A DNA stretch of 32,000 bases, taken from Blattabacterium cuenoti. Lineage in GTDB: Bacteria; Bacteroidota; Bacteroidia; Flavobacteriales; Blattabacteriaceae. The first letter of the stretch is position 1. Each line of letters opens with the position of its first letter. Where the stretch lies: the NCBI GenBank assembly GCA_014251975.1, contig CP059204.1:210001-242000 (forward strand), read 5' to 3'. A program made the translations under genes and the position numbers. A model generated the notes under the pieces. That model searched no databases. It was not told the DNA's origin and saw only the letters and a list, made by a program, of their open reading frames with translations. Shown here one piece after another: positions 27,979 through 32,000 of the stretch.

Positions 27979-29847
27979 TTACACATATCTATGTAATTTT
28001 TTTTGAATTTTATTTTTAATACTAGTTAATAATATTATTTTTTTTAAAATTTTTTTTTCATTATTATTATTGTAACATAATATTTCTTTTTTAATCAATT
28101 TAGATATATGTATATATTTATATCTTAATAAAATATCATTTAAATATTTTTCTATATTTTCTTCCATAGAAGGGACTTTTATACCTTTATTTTCCCATTT
28201 AGATAATTTATATTCAGAAATATAAAATTTTTTTATTTTTGAAATATATAATATTTTTTTTTTAGAACAAATTTTTTCAAAAATTTTTTTATTTTTTGAT
28301 GAAAAAAAATTCATTTTACAATATTTAAATACACGTATTATTTCTTTTAAAACGGTTGTATCCTGTTTATTTTTTTTTATTTTTTTATTCCCATAAAGTA
28401 ATATTAATTCAATTAATTTTTTTTCTAAAAAAAAAATATGATATTTATTAAATTTAGTTTCTTTTGTTTTACTTAAATTATTTTCAATACTATTATATGT
28501 ATTATTATATGAAGTATTATTTACTTTAATATAAAATTTTTTTAATTCGTATAATAAAATTTCTTTACTAATGTATAAAATTTTAGAAGCTTCCTGTAAA
28601 TATAATTCTCTTTTAACTACATTACTAATCTTTGATATACTTATCAAAATATTTTTTACTAAAAAGGATTTTTTAATAGGATCGTCTTTATAAAGATATC
28701 TATATATTTTATATTTAAAAGATATAAAATTATAAATATTTTCTGATAAATATTTTTTTAATTCATTCAATGATTTGAATTTTTTTGATATAGTATCAGG
28801 ATCTTCACCATTAGAGAAATATATTATTCGTAAATTTATATCTTGTTCTAAAATTAAATTAATTATTCTCAAAGTAGCTTTTATTCCTGTACTATCTCCA
28901 TCATAAAAAATAATTATATTAGAAGTAAATTTTTTAATTAATAAAATTTGAGAAATAGTTAAAAATATTCCAGAAGTAGAAACTACATTATTTATCCCAA
29001 TTTGGTATAAAGATATAACATCTGTATACCCTTCAACTAAATAACATAAATTATTTTTTAAAATATACTTTTTAGCCTGATATAATCCATATAAAATGCA
29101 ACTTTTTTTAAAAATTACACTATCAGAAGAATTTATATATTTAATTTTATTTGAACAACTATAATCATGGTTATTAATACTTCTTCCTCCAAAACCTATT
29201 ACTTTCCCATTTAAATTAAAAATTGGAAACATAATTCTTTTTCTAAAACAATCAAAAAAATTTCTATTGTTTATAAAAATAGTATTTCCTGAATAAACTA
29301 AATCTTTTAATTTAAATCCTTTTTTTAAAAATTCTTCTGTAATTTTACCCCTAGGAGAATATCCTAACTCAAATTTACGAATAGTATTTATATTAAATTT
29401 TCTTTTTTTTATTAAATAATTAAGTCCATTTTCTAGTCCTTCTTTAGAATAAAACATTTTATTAATAAATAAACATTTATAATTATATTGTATGCAATAC
29501 AATTTATTTATTAGTTTTTCTTTTGTATTATTGTGATTTTTTTTTTTGTTAAAAAAATTTATTTTAATATTATATTTTTTTGCTAAAAAATATAATGATT
29601 CTATATACGTAAATTTTTCATGTTCCATTAGAAAATTAATTAAATCCCCACCTTTTCCAGAACTAAAATCCTTCCATATTTTTTTTATAGGAGATACTAT
29701 AAATGAAGGGTTTTTCTCATTTGAAAAAGGACTAAATCCTCTATAGTTTTCTCCAACTTTTTTTAATTTTACAAATTCTCCAATAACATCTTCTATTATA
29801 GAAATAGATAAAATTTTATTTTTAACTTCTGGATAAATAAAAATCAT
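27979..29847 (-). CDS. dnaG: DNA primase DnaG (TOPRIM intact; zinc-ribbon ligands substituted)
   Basis: Motif GFSPFSNEKNPSFIVSP...WKDFSSGKGG, with TOPRIM LVEGYTDVISL and FYDGDSTG. The ATG overlaps the rpe stop (ATGA). Confidence 0.93.
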   Translation of the reverse strand: MIFIYPEVKNKILSISIIEDVIGEFVKLKKVGENYRGFSPFSNEKNPSFIVSPIKKIWKDFSSGKGGDLINFLMEHEKFTYIESLYFLAKKYNIKINFFNKKKNHNNTKEKLINKLYCIQYNYKCLFINKMFYSKEGLENGLNYLIKKRKFNINTIRKFELGYSPRGKITEEFLKKGFKLKDLVYSGNTIFINNRNFFDCFRKRIMFPIFNLNGKVIGFGGRSINNHDYSCSNKIKYINSSDSVIFKKSCILYGLYQAKKYILKNNLCYLVEGYTDVISLYQIGINNVVSTSGIFLTISQILLIKKFTSNIIIFYDGDSTGIKATLRIINLILEQDINLRIIYFSNGEDPDTISKKFKSLNELKKYLSENIYNFISFKYKIYRYLYKDDPIKKSFLVKNILISISKISNVVKRELYLQEASKILYISKEILLYELKKFYIKVNNTSYNNTYNSIENNLSKTKETKFNKYHIFFLEKKLIELILLYGNKKIKKNKQDTTVLKEIIRVFKYCKMNFFSSKNKKIFEKICSKKKILYISKIKKFYISEYKLSKWENKGIKVPSMEENIEKYLNDILLRYKYIHISKLIKKEILCYNNNNEKKILKKIILLTSIKNKIQKKLHRYV

Positions 29848-30491
29848 AATTTCATATTATGAATAACTTTTTTAGGATCAGGACTAGAAAATATAGCTGT
29901 TCCAGATACTAAAATATTAGCTCCATTTTTAAATAATATAGATGAATTCCCCAAATTAATTCCCCCGTCTACTTCTATTAAAGCAGAAGAATAATTATCG
30001 ATTATTAAATTTTTTGTTTCATTAACTTTTTTAAAAGTATTTTCAATAAAATTTTGGCCACTAAATCCAGGATTAACACTCATTAATAATACAAAATCAA
30101 TATATTTAATAATATCTTTTAATAAAAAAACTGGTGTATTAGGATTAATAGCAATACCTACTTTCATCCCATATTCTTTAATAGAGAAAATAGTTCTATT
30201 TATATGAATACAAGATTCATAATGAATATGTACATTATTAGCACCGCTATTTTTAATAATTTTTATATAACGATCTGGCTCTAATATCATTAAATGAACA
30301 TCAATTGGTTTATTAGAATACTTTTTTACATATTTAGTGAATGAAAATCCGAAAGAAATATTTGAAACAAAAGTAGTATCCATTATATCAATATGTAACC
30401 AATCAGCTTCACTTTCATTTAACATTATTATATCACGATGTAAAAAAGCTAAATTTGCTGATAATAAAGATGGAGCAATAATTCTTTTCAT
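29844..30491 (-). CDS. rpe: Ribulose-phosphate 3-epimerase
   Basis: Motifs APSLLSANLAFL, LHIDIMD, MSVNPGFSGQNF and VDGGIN. Confidence 0.93.
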   Translation of the reverse strand: MKRIIAPSLLSANLAFLHRDIIMLNESEADWLHIDIMDTTFVSNISFGFSFTKYVKKYSNKPIDVHLMILEPDRYIKIIKNSGANNVHIHYESCIHINRTIFSIKEYGMKVGIAINPNTPVFLLKDIIKYIDFVLLMSVNPGFSGQNFIENTFKKVNETKNLIIDNYSSALIEVDGGINLGNSSILFKNGANILVSGTAIFSSPDPKKVIHNMKL

Positions 30492-30510
30492 ATTAAAAAA
30501 ATTGTAATTT

Positions 30511-31320
30511 TTAATCTTTTAAAGAAATTAAACATTCATTAATACCAATTTTAGAAAAACCTCCATCATTATATAGATTTTGCATTGTAACTTTTCTAGT
30601 TAAGTCTGAAAAAAGTGTAATTATATAATCAGCACAATCTTGAGATGATGCATTACCTAATGGAGAGAGTTTATTTGATAAATATAAAAAATCTTTAAAT
30701 CCACTAATTGATGCAGCAGCTTTAGTATAAATAGGTGATAGAGATACTGTATTAACTCTAACTTTTTCTTTAATACCCCAAAAATATCCAAAATTGCGAG
30801 CAATACTTTCTAAATAAGATTTATAATCAGACATATCTACATATGATGGAAAATTACGTTTAGAAGCTATATAAGTTAAAGCTACAATTGATCCCCATTT
30901 GTTTATAGCTTTTTTATCCCAAGCAATTTTCATTATTTTATGAAAAGATACAGCTGATATATCCCATCCTTTTTTAAGAAAATCATAATTTATACATGGA
31001 TATTCCAATTTTTTTCGTATATTTATTGACATTGCTATAGAGTGCAATATAAAATCTATTTTTCCACCAAAAAAAATTAGTGCTTTATCAAATAATATTT
31101 CAATATCTGAAATAGATGTAGCATCAGCAGGAATAACTATAGATTTAGTTTTTTTAGATAAATCATAAATTTTACCCATTCTTAAAGAAGCTGGTGTATT
31201 TGTTAATATAAAAGATGCTTTTTCTTCATAAGCACGTTCAGCTACTTTCCAAGCAATAGAATTTTCATCTAAAGCACCAAAAATAATTCCTTTTTTACCC
31301 ATCAATAAATTATAAGACAT
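30511..31320 (-). CDS. fabI: Enoyl-[acyl-carrier-protein] reductase (NADH), FabI
   Basis: N-terminal GKKGIIFGA..SIAW, a Tyr/Lys active-site region (SYVDMSDYKSYLES), and NTVSLSPIYTKAAASI. Confidence 0.9.
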   Translation of the reverse strand: MSYNLLMGKKGIIFGALDENSIAWKVAERAYEEKASFILTNTPASLRMGKIYDLSKKTKSIVIPADATSISDIEILFDKALIFFGGKIDFILHSIAMSINIRKKLEYPCINYDFLKKGWDISAVSFHKIMKIAWDKKAINKWGSIVALTYIASKRNFPSYVDMSDYKSYLESIARNFGYFWGIKEKVRVNTVSLSPIYTKAAASISGFKDFLYLSNKLSPLGNASSQDCADYIITLFSDLTRKVTMQNLYNDGGFSKIGINECLISLKD

Positions 31321-31332
31321 AATAAAAAAATG

Positions 31333-32000
31333 TTAAATATTAAAAATATCTTTTATAATATTCAAATAATCTAATTTTTCCCATGTAAACAATTCAACTT
31401 CTTTTTTTATAGTTCTTTTTTTCATATCTATAAAAAATTTATTTATTTTTTTAGGATTTTTCCCCATATGCCCATATGCAGAAGTTTCCTCATATATTGG
31501 TTCTCGTAATTTTAATCTTTTTTCTATAGCATAAGGTCTAAGATCAAAATTTTCTTTAATATTTTTTGTTATAAATTCATTACTAACTTTTGAAGTCCCA
31601 CAAGTATCAACAAAAATACTAATAGGTTCTGAAATTCCCGCTACATAAGAAATTTGTATTAATAATTCATTAGCAATCCCTGATGCAACTATATTTTTAG
31701 CTATATGTCTAGCTTCATAAGCTCCAGATCTATCCATTTTAGATGGATCTTTCCCAGAAAAGGCTCCACCTCCATGTCTAGCTCTACTACCATATGTATC
31801 AACAATAATTTTTCTACCAGTTAATCCAGTATCCCCATTTGGCCCCCCTATTACAAATTTACCTATAGAATTTATATAATAACGAGTTTTATTAGTGAAT
31901 AACTTACGTAAGTTTTTCGAACAATATTTTTTTTTAAATCTTGGCATTAATATATTTATTATATCTTTTATTAAACAATTATTCATTTTTTCTTTAGTAT
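31333..32000 (-). CDS. metK: S-adenosylmethionine synthase, 5'-partial (N-terminus lies beyond the right edge)
   Basis: Motifs [40 protein letters not shown] and ETSAYGHMG. The frame stays open from 31986 to base 32000, so the Met at 31986 in the track is internal. Confidence 0.93.
   Translation of the reverse strand, partial: TKEKMNNCLIKDIINILMPRFKKKYCSKNLRKLFTNKTRYYINSIGKFVIGGPNGDTGLTGRKIIVDTYGSRARHGGGAFSGKDPSKMDRSGAYEARHIAKNIVASGIANELLIQISYVAGISEPISIFVDTCGTSKVSNEFITKNIKENFDLRPYAIEKRLKLREPIYEETSAYGHMGKNPKKINKFFIDMKKRTIKKEVELFTWEKLDYLNIIKDIFNI

Noticed and set aside
2829-29746. Nine short ORFs in the supplied track: 2829-3032(-), 3768-3962(-), 4499-4702(+), 7011-7199(+), 9715-9921(+), 11131-11361(+), 12905-13108(+), 16177-16449(-), 29546-29746(+)
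   Set aside because: Each lies entirely antisense within a strongly supported housekeeping gene (hisS, PPTase, murB, pheS, PiT, der, gyrB, dnaG). They have Phe/Ile/Leu/Lys low-complexity translations typical of the antisense strand of Lys/Asn/Ile-rich genes, and they carry no recognisable motif.
1-32000. Alternative genetic code (UGA as Trp), as seen in some tiny endosymbiont genomes
   Set aside because: TGA terminates well-defined genes at the expected lengths (ftsZ at 2651-2653, uppP at 17731-17733). Trp positions in conserved motifs are TGG. Standard-code ORFs have normal lengths.
1-32000. CRISPR arrays, IS elements or transposases, integrases, prophage genes, toxin-antitoxin or defence islands, rRNA operons
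   Set aside because: None was found. Every ORF over 100 aa has a housekeeping assignment or is a small membrane protein. There are no spaced direct-repeat arrays and no terminal inverted repeats flanking any segment.

Overview
The window is extremely AT-rich and densely packed. It contains 30 intact protein genes, 2 frameshifted genes and 2 tRNAs. Almost all are core housekeeping functions: cell division (ftsA, ftsZ), aminoacyl-tRNA synthetases (hisS, pheS, lysS), replication and repair (gyrB, dnaG, ruvA), cell envelope (murB, uppP), RNA modification (rlmB, trmD, rsmG, mtaB), and lipid and cofactor metabolism (fabI, lipB, metK, a PPTase, a mevalonate-pathway decarboxylase). The Lys/Ile/Asn-biased proteins, short or overlapping gene junctions, Bacteroidota-type HisS and DnaG sequences and the mevalonate gene fit a reduced Flavobacteriales insect endosymbiont, possibly Blattabacterium-like. 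This placement is inference from memory, and no search was run. I see no CRISPR array, mobile element, prophage, defence island or other accessory system, and I do not claim a novel multi-gene system here. Five things merit a second look. (1) Two conserved genes (diphosphomevalonate decarboxylase and rsmG) are each broken inside a poly(A) tract (A9 and A10). One extra A would restore each, which suggests transcriptional-slippage rescue, early pseudogenisation or an assembly error. (2) A 605-bp non-coding spacer lies between the 3' ends of two convergent genes. It holds the only G/C-clamped hairpin in the spacer and a cluster of ATCTAAA repeats. (3) The DnaG zinc-ribbon motif has all four canonical zinc ligands substituted. 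(4) A CodA-like amidohydrolase is reduced to the TIM-barrel core and carries E->Q at the position I align to the CodA catalytic glutamate. (5) Stop/stop and stop/start codons overlap at several gene junctions.
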